A program made the translations under genes and the position numbers. From the NCBI RefSeq assembly GCF_009914755.1, contig NC_060929.1: a DNA stretch of 64,000 bases; one strand, written 5' to 3'. Numbering within the stretch: the first letter of the stretch is position 1; each line of letters opens with the position of its first letter. Below, piece by piece: positions 17,459-33,868 of this stretch. Under the pieces are notes generated by a model. It was not told where the DNA came from. It saw only the letters and a list, made by a program, of their open reading frames with translations, and did not search any database. This DNA is from the human T2T-CHM13v2.0 reference genome, Homo sapiens.

Positions 17459-17706
17459 TTTAGAAAAATGGAAGTGTGACACAGCTGTCTTACCGCACTA
17501 ATATAGACCTGAAAAAAATAAAAAATTAAAAACATGCACATAAGAGAATGACAAGCTATGTTCTGAGCAATATGTGTATATATAAATATTAATATAAAAA
17601 TGTTCTCTGTTCCTGCGTTTTGGAGGCCATGTGCTTGTAGACCATATTTATCTTTGTATTTGTCATCTTGGTCATTCTCTTTATAAAAATAGAGGTATAT
17701 TGCATG

Positions 17707-17872
17707 CCAATGCTCCTCAGCTTATGAGGTTACATCCCAATAAGCCTGTTGTAAATTTAAAAAATCATAAGTTAGAAATGTCAAAACTTGAAAATGCATT
17801 TAATACCCTGATAAACACATCATAAAGTTGAAAAATCCTAAGTCAATCCATCATGAGTCAGGAACTATTTGT
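17707..17872. mobile_element. Tigger-derived MITE (MER47-like)
   Basis: ATGCTCCTCAGCTTATG...GAAAATGCATTTAATAC...CCATCATGAGTCAGGAACTATTTGTA with degenerate inverted termini. Confidence 0.65.
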
Positions 17873-19634
17873 ATATGAAACATTTTTAAAATCTGAACAT
17901 AGACTTAGGAATTTTAATATGTAGTGGTAGTAATTCCACCAAGCAAGAGAATACATAGAGCAAAAATCATTAAGAAACAGTGACTGAGATGATTCTCATT
18001 CTCAGGAAACTGGTCCAGCCCCTTTACATAAAATATTCTGTTCAGTGTGCTGTGATCCTTGGACTGAATATACTGTTTTAGCAAGCAGAGTTGTTAAGCT
18101 AAAGCCTGCACATCAACAGGTGTTCAATGTCTGCTGAATAAATGAAGAATGAATGAATATTAACTGCACCTCTAAACCCTAAAATTAAAAAGCTTTAATG
18201 TGCTCATCACAAAAGACCCTATTTTGTTGCATTTGAAATTTCAAGCTTCAAAAATGAAATTACATGCAAAAGTATATTATCATCAATGAGAATAAATGGC
18301 CTCAACAAAATTACAAGATAGAAAACAAAGTTTCATTTGTCAGTTGGTTTCTTCTGGCAATAGAAGGCTCCCCTTAGACTTCATTAGCTTCAGATATTTC
18401 AGTGACAGAAATTTAATGTTGGCAAAGCATTGCTATACTTTCAGGCTTGGATTGGAATGCCCCACATTTACTTTTTCCTACCATTCCTGGCTAAAAACTT
18501 GAATGTGAGAACCAGACACAAGGCTCTAGTGGTAGCAAGCAGAATGTCTCCTAAGCTCCAAGGGGAAAAAATGATATAAGTCAGTGGTTCCCAAATTAAC
18601 CATCAAATGCTACCCATTAAAATCACTGGGGAACTTTTAAAAATTAAATGCCCAACTAACAACAAACTGTATGAAAAAGAAATTTAGAAAACAATCCTAT
18701 TTTTAAAAGCAGCAAAAAAGTAAAATACTTAGGAGTAAATTTAACCAAGGAAGGGAAATATCTGTTTACTGAAAACTATGAAATGTTGATGAAAGAAATT
18801 GAAGATGGTAAAAATAAATGAAAAGATAAATATGTATGGATTGGAAGAATTAATATTGTTAAGAGATCTATACTACCCAAAGCAATCTATAGATTCAATG
18901 CAATCCTATCAAAATTCCAAAGTCATTCTTTATAGCAGTAGAAAAAAATCATAAAATTCATATGGAACCACAAAAGACTCTGAATAGCCAAAGCAATCTT
19001 GACCAAAAAGAGCAATGCTGGAAGCATCACATTATCAGATTTCAAAATATATTACAAAGCTACAATATTCAAAATAGCATGCTACTGGCATTAAAACAGA
19101 TCTATCAACTACTGAAACAGAATAGTGAGCCCAGAAATAAACCCACACATCTATGATCAATTGATTTTCAACAAAGATACCAAGAACACACAATGGGGAA
19201 AGACAGTGTCTTCAATAAATGGTGCTGAGAAAACTGGAAATCCACATGCTGAAGAATGAAATTAGATCCTTATCTCATCCCTTATACAAGAATCAACTCA
19301 AAATAGATTAAAGACTTAAACATAAGCCCTGAAACTATAAAACTAATGCAGAAAATATAGGGGGAAATCTACATGATATTAATCTAGGCAGAAGTTTCAT
19401 GGATATGACCTCAAAAGCACAGACAACAAAAGCAAAAATAGACAAATGGCATTGCATCAGACTAAAAAACTTCTGTACAGCAGATGAAGCAACAAATAGA
19501 GTGAAGAGACAACCTACAGATTAGGAGAAAATATTTGCAAATCATATATTAGATAAGGGGTTAATATTCCAAAAGGTACAAGGAAATCAAACTACTCAAT
19601 AACAAGAAAGCCAATTACCCTATTAAAATATAGG

Positions 19635-19793
19635 GATAGCATTGGGAGATACACCTAATGCTAGATGACGAGTTAGTGGGTGCAGTGCACCAGCATGGCA
19701 CATGTATACATATGTAACTAACCTGCACAAGGTGCACATGTACCCTAAAACTTAAAGTATAATAATAATTTTTTTTAAAAAAAAGCAAAAATT

Positions 19794-19805
<12 letters not shown>
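19635..19805 (+). mobile_element. Very short 5'-truncated young L1 3' end (L1PA2-like)
   Basis: GATAGCATTGGGAGATACACCTAATGCTAGATGACGAGTTAGTGGGTGCAG...CTTAAAGTATAATAATAA plus an A-rich tail; inserted at TT|AAAA. Confidence 0.88.
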
Positions 19806-19825
<20 letters not shown>

Positions 19826-20017
19826 GGCAACAAACTTAAATAGACATTTCTCAAAAGAAGCAAGTATCACCCTGATTTAAAACCTGGCAAAGACACAATG
19901 AGAAAACAAACTACAGGCCAACATCTCTGATGAACATAGACACAAAAATCCTTGACAAAATACTAGCAAACTGAATACAGCAGCACATCAAAAAGTTAAT
20001 TTGCCATGATAAACTAG

Positions 20018-20419
20018 TGTGTTAGGGTGTTCTAGCATGCTATTAAAAAATACCCAAGACTGAGTAATTTATAAAGAACAAAGGCTTAATTTGTTCATGG
20101 TTCTGCAGCCTGTACAAGCATGGTGCCAGCACCTGGCCAGCTTCTGGGGAAGCCTCATGAAATTTTTATTCATGGCAGAAGGTGAAACAGGAACAGGCAC
20201 ATCACACAGGGGAAGCAGGAGTAAGAGAGAGTGTGAGGGAGGTGCCACACACTTAAACAATCAGGTCTCACAAGTACTCACTCACTACTGCAAGGACAGC
20301 ACCAAGCCATAAGGGCCCACCCCCATGATTCAAACACCTCCCACCAAGACCCACCTCCAACATTGGGCATTATATGTCAACATGAGATTTGAACAGATAC
20401 AAATATTCAAACTATATCA
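20018..20419 (-). mobile_element. MST (MSTB-like) MaLR solo LTR inside an L1
   Basis: TGTGTTAG... to ...ACTATATCA termini; 5-bp TSD ACTAG/AGTAG; L1 ORF2 sequence resumes seamlessly after it. Confidence 0.85.
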
Positions 20420-20602
20420 AGTAGGCTTCCTTCTTGGGATTCAAGGTTGGTTCAACATACACAGATCAATAAATCTGACTCACCACATAAACAGAATTAT
20501 AAACAAAAACCACATGATTTCAATAGGTGTGGGAAAAGCTTTTGATAAAATCCAACCTCCCTTCATGTTAAAAAAAAAAAAAAAAACCTTAAGAAACTAG
20601 GC

Positions 20603-21029
<427 letters not shown>

Positions 21030-23269
21030 TCACCTGTTGTATTCATGACAGTACTTGAAGTGCTAGCCAGAGCAATCAGGTAAAAGAAAGAAATAAAAGA
21101 CATCAAAATAGAAAAAGAAGAAATCAAACTACCTCTCTTTACTGACTATATAATTCTATGCCTAGAAAAACCTAAAGGCTCCACCAAAAAAGCTCTTGGA
21201 ACTGATAAACAACTTCAGTAAAGTTTCTGGATACAAAATCAATGTGCAAAAATCAGTAGCATTTCTATACAGCAATAGTGTTCACATTGAGAGCCAAACC
21301 AAGAATGTAATCCCATTTACAGTAGCCACAAAAGAAATAAAGTACAACTAGGGATACATCTAACCAAGGAGATGAAAGATCTCATAATGCTGCACAAGTA
21401 CAGCCATTTAATCTTCAACAAAGATGACAAAATTAGCAATGGGGAAAGGACTCTCTAGTCAGTAAATGGTACTGGGATAAATGTAAATGTCAGTAAATGG
21501 CTAGTCAGTAAGTGATACTGACTAGCTATATGTAGAAGAATGAAACTGGACCCCTACCTTTCACCATATACAAAAATTAACTCAGGATGGATTAATTATT
21601 CAAATGTAATATCTCAAACTATAAGAATGTAATATTCAAATATATCTCAAATGATATACAAACTATAAGATATATATTATATCTCAAGCTATATACAAAC
21701 TATAAGAATGTAATATTCAAATGTAATATCTCAAACTATAAGAATCCTATAAGAAAACCTAGGAAACACCATTCTGGACATCAGCCTTGGAAAAGAATTT
21801 ATGACTGAGTTCTCAAAAGCAATTTCAACAAAAACAAAAACTGACAAGTTTTTCTGTGTAGAAGCTCTTAGTTTAAGAAAAAGAAACCAGCAACAGAGTA
21901 AACAGCCTACAGAATGGGTGAAAATCTTCACAAACTGTGCTTCCAACCAAGATCTAATATCTGGCGTCTGTTAGGAACTTAAACAATTGAGCAAACAAAA
22001 AACAACCCCATTTAAAAATGGGCAAGCAGCATGAACAGACAGTTCTCAAAAGAAGGCATATAAACAGCTAACAAACATGAAAAAATGTCTCACATCACTA
22101 ATCATCAGAGAAATGCAAATCAAAACCACAATAATATGCTATATCACACCAGTCAGAATAGCTATTATCAAAAAGTCAAAAACAACAGACGCTGGCAAGG
22201 CTGCAGAAAAAAAAGTGAACGCTCATACACGGTTGCTGGGAATGTAAGTTAGTTCAGCCACTGTGAAAAGCAGTTTGGAGATTTCTCAAAGAACTTGAAA
22301 CAGAGTTACCATTCAACCCAGCAATCCCACTGGGTATATATCCAAAAGAAAGTACATTGTTTCTTTTGGATATTGTTCTACCCAAAAGACACATACACTC
22401 ACATGTTCATTACAACACTGTTCGCAATAGCAAAGACATGGAATCAACCTAGGTGCCCAACAAAGGTGGATTGGATTAAAAAATGTGGTACATGTCCACC
22501 ATGGGATACTACACAGCAATAAAAAAGAATGAAATCATGTCCTTTGCAGCAACATGGATGCAGCTGGAGGCCATTATACTAAGTGAGGTAATACAGGAAC
22601 AGAAAACCAAATACTGCATGTTTTTACTTATAAGTGGGAGCTAAACATTGGGTAAACATGGATATAAAGGTGGCAACAATAGAAACTGGGGACTAACAGA
22701 GTAGGGAGGTAGGGAGCAGAGAGAGGACTAAAAAACTATTAGGTACTATGCTCATTCCCTGGGTGATGGGATCAATCATACCCCAAACCTCAGCATCGTG
22801 TGATATACCCAGGTAACAAACCTGCACATTTGTTCCCTGAATCTAAAATAAAAGTTGAAATTACAATTTTTAAAAGGATAGAAACTAGTCATCAGCGTGT
22901 TTTTTAATTTTCCAGGTGACTCTAACATTCAATAATTATTTTAAATAATTATTTCTGTCTGTAGACCTTCTGCCAGCTACTAAGTTTCAGGAATTTTGAT
23001 GGTCTCATTAAAGAGAACCTGACAACCCCACTTACAAGTGCTTCAGCTAAGTTTCATTTATAATATTTTCATATTGCCAAGGATCCAGTAGTGTCTTTTT
23101 TACAGTGAGTTACAAATTCCTGTTTTTGTGACAGTGACAGGCCAAAATTAATGAGCTGTGATTTTTAAACTGAAAAAGTGACTGTCCAATAGAGGCTAAA
23201 AAGAAAACTAAAATTATATTTTGTCAATTTTAGTGTTAAGTGTGATTTTTTGCTTTGTATGTTTTAGAT

Positions 23270-23930
23270 AGTTTTTTTATTGAGATAAAACCCAAATAGC
23301 ATAAAATCCACCTTTTTAATCTCAAAGTGGTTTTTGGTATATTCACAATGTTGTGCAACAATCACTACTATCTAACTCTAGAACATTTTCATTACTTCCT
23401 CATGGAACCCTGTACCCATTAGTAGTCACTCCCAGTTTCCCATTCACCTCATTTCCTGGCAACCACTAATCTACTTTTCTGTCTCTCTGTATGTGACTAT
23501 TCTTAACATTTCATGTAAATCAGATACTATAATATGTGGCCTTTTATGTCTGACTTCTATCACATAGCAACATATTTTCAAGGTCATTCGTGTTGTAGCA
23601 TGTATCAGTATTTTATTCCTTTTTAAGACAATACTTTATTATAGGATTATACCACATCTTTTTTATCCACTCATCAGTTGATGGACCTTTGAGTTGTTTC
23701 TACTTTTCTGTTATTTTAAATAATGCTGTTATGAGCATTCTTGCACATGTTTTTGTGTGATCATATGTGTTTGCTTCTCTGGGCATATACCTAGGAGCAG
23801 AATTGCAGGGTCATATGGTAACTCTGTATTTAACATTTTGAGGAACCCCCAAATTGCTTTCCCCAGTAGCTATACCATTTTACATTCTGAACAGAAGTGT
23901 GTGAGGGTTTCTATTACTTCACATCCTCTT
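23270..23930 (-). mobile_element. Old L1M 3' fragment
   Basis: CCTGGCAACCACTAATCTACTTT and CTAGGAGCAGAATTGCAGGGTCATATGGTAACTCT motifs. Confidence 0.8.
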
Positions 23931-24932
23931 GCTTTCTATTTTAATTATTTAATTATTTAATTTAATTATCTAAGATGCCTTTTACCCTAACCAACCAGAA
24001 AATAAACTTGACTGAATTTAGTGCTAATTGTTTTTGCATAGTCATTCAGTATAATTGTCTTTGACATCTCAAAACACTGCTTATGCAGAATACACTTTTT
24101 TAAAACAGTGAAATCATAGCAATTCTATTTCCTAAGTCAGTTCTTCTTCAGGGTAGTAAGTTATAGGTCTTTGAGGTCATGTTCCTGTTTCCATCTTCCA
24201 AAAGGCAACATTATTAAAATCTTGTTGCTGTATCTGCCTTGGCATATCCCCCTCTCTATCCAGAGAAAAGATCACTGACAGAATAGTGTCCCCACCTTTC
24301 TATCTTAGAGGTCTCATTACGAGTCAGTATGCTTTTAAAAGAATTAATGGATAAAGAGCTAGACATCAAGAAGAAGAGAGAAAATTTTAAATAAGACAGA
24401 GGAGTGTATGATCACTCTTTCTAAGATGATTAAATGAAATAATTTGAAAGGCAATAAACTAACTGCACCAAGTAAATCTTGTGAAAGCGAAAGGAAAGAG
24501 GAGAAGGAAGATTTGAGTGCTGAAAACCAGGATAAATTGTATTCAACCACCAGCATTAAGGGAAGTTATACAATACATTTTATGAAGAAAGTGTTCCATG
24601 AAAATAAAACAACAAAAAGAAAGTTTGGTGAAGGTTTAAATGATAAATGCCAATAGTAGTATATGTGCAATTATCTACTGACACTGCTATACAAATGAGC
24701 TATCTATATAGGCTGTGACCACATAACCTCACCTGCCAAACCACAGTACTATAAATAAATACTTTTCCCAGACACTACAGAGCTCAGTTGACTTGAGATT
24801 CATCTTATGGTAACTGGAAATGTAGACTGTGCCTTTATTTGGGTCAATCCTACAATTTTCTTTAATGTACCAGCAATTCATTATTTAAAGTTTACTAGAG
24901 TTTAATTTAAAATTATAAAAAAGGAAGAAATT

Positions 24933-25286
<354 letters not shown>

Positions 25287-26537
25287 TTAAATAGAAGACT
25301 TTACAACGAGCTGTACCTTCTTAATTCTACAGAGAATCATGAGGAAAATCAAATATAAATGTGAATTTCTTATGTTCAGTATTGTCCAAAAAGAAAATAT
25401 TTTATTAAATTTTTTGTCAGTTGCCATCATTATTTAAAGCCTTCCTGCCAGTAGCCTATACTATTTTTGGAATGGAGTGTTTGCAGTTTCATAACCACTT
25501 GATAACACCATAGGTTAAAAAAAAAGTCTACCAGTCTTTTTCAGATGGCCTCTTTGACAATGCATTATTTATAGGGAAGTTCAGTTACTTTTAACAATAA
25601 AGACAAGCCAAAAGAAATTACAGATCTCTTTTACCATATTTTGATATACTAGCAGCATCCACTCAGGACAGGACCTTTATTAAAAGGGGGCTTAAGGTAC
25701 TTTTAATTGGAGGAATTACTGAATTCCTGAAGCTCTTCAAACAAAATAGCACTTGGGATATGACAAGAGTACTTTGGAGAAGGCTGCTTGGTCCCAAAGC
25801 AGAGATTCAAGAGGAGGACTCCAGCTAGCTGGGTAAGGGGTTCCTTCCTCTCAACCTAAGTGTTTATGTAAGCCTGCTGGGGGCCAGGAACTGCGTAAAA
25901 CTCAGTAAGCTCAGTACTTCTCAGCACAGAATCCAGTCCCAAGGAAGCACCCAGCAAAAATTTAGGTTGAATTTTCTTTAAAATAAAATAAAGAAAAAAG
26001 TAAAATTAAAAAAAAAATACAATTCAACTACTCAGCCCATTCCATTCCGGGTAGTTTTGGCTCAGAATGCTGGAAGAGTTGGATAGGCTATTAGTGAGAG
26101 AACTCAAAACTCCCCAAACTCCACTTCATTACTCTTCCTTTATATTTTTTCTGAAAAGAGTATTGCCAATATATCAATAAAGCTTTTTGCTATGACTTCA
26201 GAGTGCCCAGGTCACTAGGGAAAAGTATCAAGTAGCATCCTGAATCCACAAATCCTTTGAGAGCCAGCCACACAGTATCTGCGTGAGTGTGGTAATTCTC
26301 TACCCTTACGAGTGTCATCACAGAATTGCAGCATTCTCTTTTCATTGTTTCTCAGGAAAACATAGACAAAGGCTCTGCTTGGATTTTTTTAATTTAACAC
26401 TAATATGTAATAATATAGCAACATCTCCTAGTTATCTAGAACTCAGGCTTTGATAGCTGTGACTGTCTAGAATACAACCACAGAAAATCACCTCTGAACA
26501 GTGAGGGAAATAGCTGCCACAGTATCACCACCTACTC

Positions 26538-26755
26538 CAAGCTTGAACCTCTCAACCCGCAACCAACAGACTGCAAGTAGTTCAGTACAGCTTTGAATGC
26601 AGCCCAAGACAAACTCGTAAACCTTCTTAAAACATTATGAAATTTTTTTGCAACTTGTTCATCAGCTATCGTTAGTGTTAGTATATTTTTTGTGTTGCTC
26701 AAGACAAGTCTCTTCTTCCAGTGTAGCCCAGGAAAGCCAAAAGATTGGACACCTA
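26538..26755 (-). mobile_element. MER30 (hAT-Charlie)
   Basis: CAAGCTTG...CATCAGCTATCGTTAGTGTTAGT...GCCAAAAGATTGGACACC. Confidence 0.8.
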
Positions 26756-26944
26756 TACTTTGGATGTTTCATCTAGTACCGATATACTTATAATTACATG
26801 TTTCAACTAGTACTAATGAACTTATAGTTACAGGATGAAATTTCAAATTAGCAATGTTCATCATTTGCTCTTCCTAGGTAACAACAGTTAACAAATCATA
26901 GGTTGACAATCACAACTGATTGTGAGGATGGAAATAATAACAAT

Positions 26945-27170
26945 GAGCATTTATATAATGCTTACTCTATACCAGGCACTTTTCTAAGAACTTTACATAG
27001 ATTAGCTCACTTAATCTTTACAATAACCCTGTGACATACCATTATTATCCCCATTTTACAGGTGAGGAAACTGAAGAAGTTAAGTAATTTGCCCAAGATT
27101 ACAGATTGTATGTGATTGAGGTAGGATTTGAACTCAGCAGTCTGGCACCAAAATCAGCACTCTCAGCCTC
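26945..27170. mobile_element. MIR
   Basis: ATTATCCCCATTTTACAGGTGAGGAAACTGA core. Confidence 0.85.
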
Positions 27171-27849
27171 TACCCAGTATTATCAAAAGTAATTTCCTGG
27201 TAGCTTCTTTCAATTGTCATGGCAACTCTCAAGATAAAGAATTATTGTTTTTAATAAATAATGTCATTCCCAGAAATGAATTATGTGTGAATCATACTAA
27301 GCTGCAGTGAGAGAATGAATATCACCATCACAGTGGTGAATCTACTTAGTGTAGGGGTAAAAGGCCAGTCTCTCCCAGCAGCCCTGCACATAGGTACACC
27401 GTAATTCACTAGGATAATCCCTGATCGCCATGCTGTCATAAAAAAACGTTAAATGATGTTTAACAGGTTTCATTAATGATTCAGAGAATCTTATAATATG
27501 TCTTAGGAAAAATAATTTCAGGAGTAACTTTCAGTTAGCTAGACAATACAGTTCTGTTGAGCATCTCATAATCTATGCCAGACAAAGGAAACATTCTTGC
27601 CTTTCTTTGAGGGAATTATAGACCAACAATTTTATTAATTTTCAACTTTCATCGAGGCAAGATTAGCTTCATGAACAATGTTTCTCAAACTGAAAGTAGT
27701 GACCTGTATTAGTAAATCAATTTATAGGGTTGCAAGCAGCATCATTTATAAACTGAAATCAGAATTCATTGCAGGCAGTAATTTTGAGACATTTTATTTT
27801 ACATGTGCGTGTGTATATCTATCATATAAATAAGTATGTGAGAACATTT

Positions 27850-28205
27850 TAAAACATTTAAAATATATTTATATATCTAAAGTTTAAATGTAAATATATA
27901 TTTATATTAATAATATAATTAATATGAATTAATAACATATTAATTCATATTAACTTATATTAATTTATATTAACAATATGTAAACAATATATTAATTAGT
28001 AATATATTATACTAATATTAGTATGTATTAATATATTATTATAATATATTATATATTAATTAATATATTATATATTGTATATTATATATTAATTAATATA
28101 TTATATATTGTATATTATATATTAATAACATACTATTATTAATATTTTAAATATATTTTAATATACTTAAATTTATACTTAAAATTTACATATACATATA
28201 AATAA
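27850..28205. repeat. Extremely AT-rich low-complexity tract with an internal tandem unit of about 31 bp
   Basis: Almost pure A/T; TATATATTAATTAATATATTATATATTGTATAT repeated around 28050-28115. Confidence 0.9.
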
Positions 28206-28257
28206 TTTTCCTGAAAGTCACTTTCAAAAACTTTGAAAGCCACCAGTGCAGTGGTTA

Positions 28258-28641
<384 letters not shown>

Positions 28642-29440
28642 TTATTTTACTTCTCTATGCCTCAGTGTCATCTATTCAGTAGTGAGAATAATAGTACCTA
28701 ACTCATTCTAGTTTTGAGAATGAACACTTTTTATATTACATATAAAATGTGTAGGACAGAGACCCCAAAGAAGCCGTAGTTGCTGTCATATTGTTATTCT
28801 GTTCCTGCTTAAGAAGGGGACTTGGAAAAATAATGATGTTGAATGCAGTAACTTCTTTCACTCATGGAAGAATTACATATTCACATCTTCTTTGCTCATC
28901 AAACCTTTGAAGATCATGCATGTCTCATTCTGTAACATCGCCTTAACCAAATATAAAGGCTAAATACAAAGGTGTTTTTAAATAACTGATACATTTAGGC
29001 CAGTCACACAAAGATTTTACCCAAAGCCTATGCAGGCATAGTCCAAGAAGTAGACTTGTTCTACTGCAATCACCATCTCTTGTTTATTATTTGTGAAAGG
29101 AACATTATGGTTTCACCACAGTTGGCCTGGCCAACGTGCTTATGCAGTCCTCAGAACATATGAAAGTGATTTCGGCTGACAATAAGTATTTCCTCACTTT
29201 GGCTTATGTTCAATAATAGCCATTCTTTATCCAGATCAGGGTGACTGAGCATGCTGTAACCATTCTTCTCTTCTAAAACTGACCCTTGTTTGACTGCATA
29301 TGCAGATTGCTTAGCAGAACCCATATCCACCATAACGGGCCAAAAGTCATTTGATCCAATGTGCTTTTCTTTTTTTTTCTTTTTTTTTTAATTCCATGAA
29401 ATTTTATTAAGATAAATTAATTATAAACATTGCAAAACAC

Positions 29441-29739
<299 letters not shown>

Positions 29740-29770
29740 TGATTTTTTGATTGAATGCTTAATGTCTTTC

Positions 29771-31119
<1,349 letters not shown>

Positions 31120-31759
31120 GTGTTCCAACTTAACTCATTGTTCTTAGTGATAATTCACTTAGGGGCAAAGTTAGGCTCTCTTGTTAATTGCAACATTCCT
31201 TTCAGAGGTGCTATAAATGGATGTTGAACTATACTATTTTTAGATTTAATCTTTAAAAATCATAAGAAAGCAAGAAATATTACTAGTTCAGAAATGATTT
31301 TCTGTTCCTGGCTAATCAGAGAAGACCTAAGAGTCTATAGTAGTCATTTGTTGTCTTCGTAGTAAAAGTAAGATTCTAATAGGATTTTTAGACATAGTGA
31401 GAAAGGTGTTCATTTTAAGATTATGGTAGTTCCTCTCAGATTTAGAAAGCCTTAAGATGACACTAAGGAGTTGGACTTTAGGAATGCTGAGTGTCTTCAG
31501 CCACAGCGGCACAATGGTACTAGATGTGACAGGATGTGATTAAGGAGAAACTAAACGGCCAGGCACAATATAGTTCTTCTTGCCTCCAAAAGAGGAGTCA
31601 CCCACTTTCTCACACTCACTGTGATACATTCCATTTGCTAAGAAAAGTGGCTTGTGTCATTCTTGAGCACTACTTTTAAGTTCTGATATATTAAATTCAT
31701 TTACTCTGTATTAATAGCATTCAAATATTTAGTAAAGTTAATATACCTCTCACACTTTT

Positions 31760-32540
<781 letters not shown>

Positions 32541-33868
32541 TTAACAGCACATACCCAGCCATAAAATTTAAAAAAGCCGGAAAGAGAGAAGGAGGGTGCA
32601 GGGTAAAATAAAGAAAAGAGGAAGGTGGAAGGGAAGAAAGGAAGGGAAAGAAAGACATTTAAAAAGACAAGAACAAAACAGCTCTGCTGCACAACATCTG
32701 TATCGGAGTTCCATGTGCAGACACACACGTCATCACATCAGCACCACACCCATAAATTTCCTATTTCTTATTTACAATGAGAAGGTAATAAGGACTTTCT
32801 ATGCATCTGGAGTTAAAAGGAAACAATAAATCTAAGAATACTAAGTTTAAGTAATCAAAATGTGTTTCAGATTAGTTATTTTTTCTTTTTAAGTTTTTTT
32901 TTTTGTTTCAGCTGACAAAGTTTTTTATTTCTTTCTGTTTCAAGTTTTGAAGTTGAGTTTATTATTCTTGCTATTATGTAACAGGCATATTTTACAGAGA
33001 ATATAGGAACCTGATTGACATTTGTATTTGGTGTTCTATTGTTGTTTCAATTCAAATGCCAAAATTATGTTTTTGTTGTGTACGTTATTGTTCATAATTA
33101 TATATGCCTCTTAATTGTAAAAGCGAAGCTGTAAAATTGTAAAGTACTTTGTGTCTCATCTATTCCAGGCATTCTACTAAGGAAATCAAGACCAAATGGC
33201 TTGGGAAGGTCAACGTTAAATAGTGTCAGAGCCAGAACTAGAGTACACATCTCTCAATTTCTAATCTAGTGCATTTCCTTTTCTTATTTCTGTGCAAACG
33301 AACAGTTAGAATGTGAAATAGTCTCCTCAGATATACCAGCATTAAAACAGTTGTGGTTTAAATATTTAGTTTTAATAATTACTAACTTTGTAGAAGGACC
33401 TAAAATAGTGTTTGTTTTCAGTGCTTCAACTAATAGTAAAAAGGAATATTTTCAGTGCTTTACTGTATGAGAGGTGCTTGCCTAACGAAATACACATCTT
33501 TTTCACTGTACTCATTTGTAACAGATAATGTGGGCTCGTACACCTCAGTGTTCTGAGAGGGGTTGGTAAACACTGACCACATAGAGAGAGCTGCCCATCT
33601 GCCCTCAGTACCAAGGCACATCCCATCCATGCCCTAAAACTCTTGTAAATTTCTCCATTCATACAGGAAAATGAGTATTTCTTACAACAATATGACCGTG
33701 GAATTTGATTACAAAAACACTCCTGCTATCCCCAACCTGTGCTCCCAGGGCTAAAGACATATTTGCAACTCAGGATTTTCTGAAGATTCACTTGTTTGTA
33801 CTATTGAGGGCAACAGTTGTTCTCAAACAAGGATGCAGTTCCTTTCTTCTTACCCTGCTTATTTTTCT

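Noticed and set aside
32575-32670. Purine-rich tract as a regulatory or triplex element
   Set aside because: It is short, imperfect GA-rich low-complexity sequence with no clear mirror symmetry.
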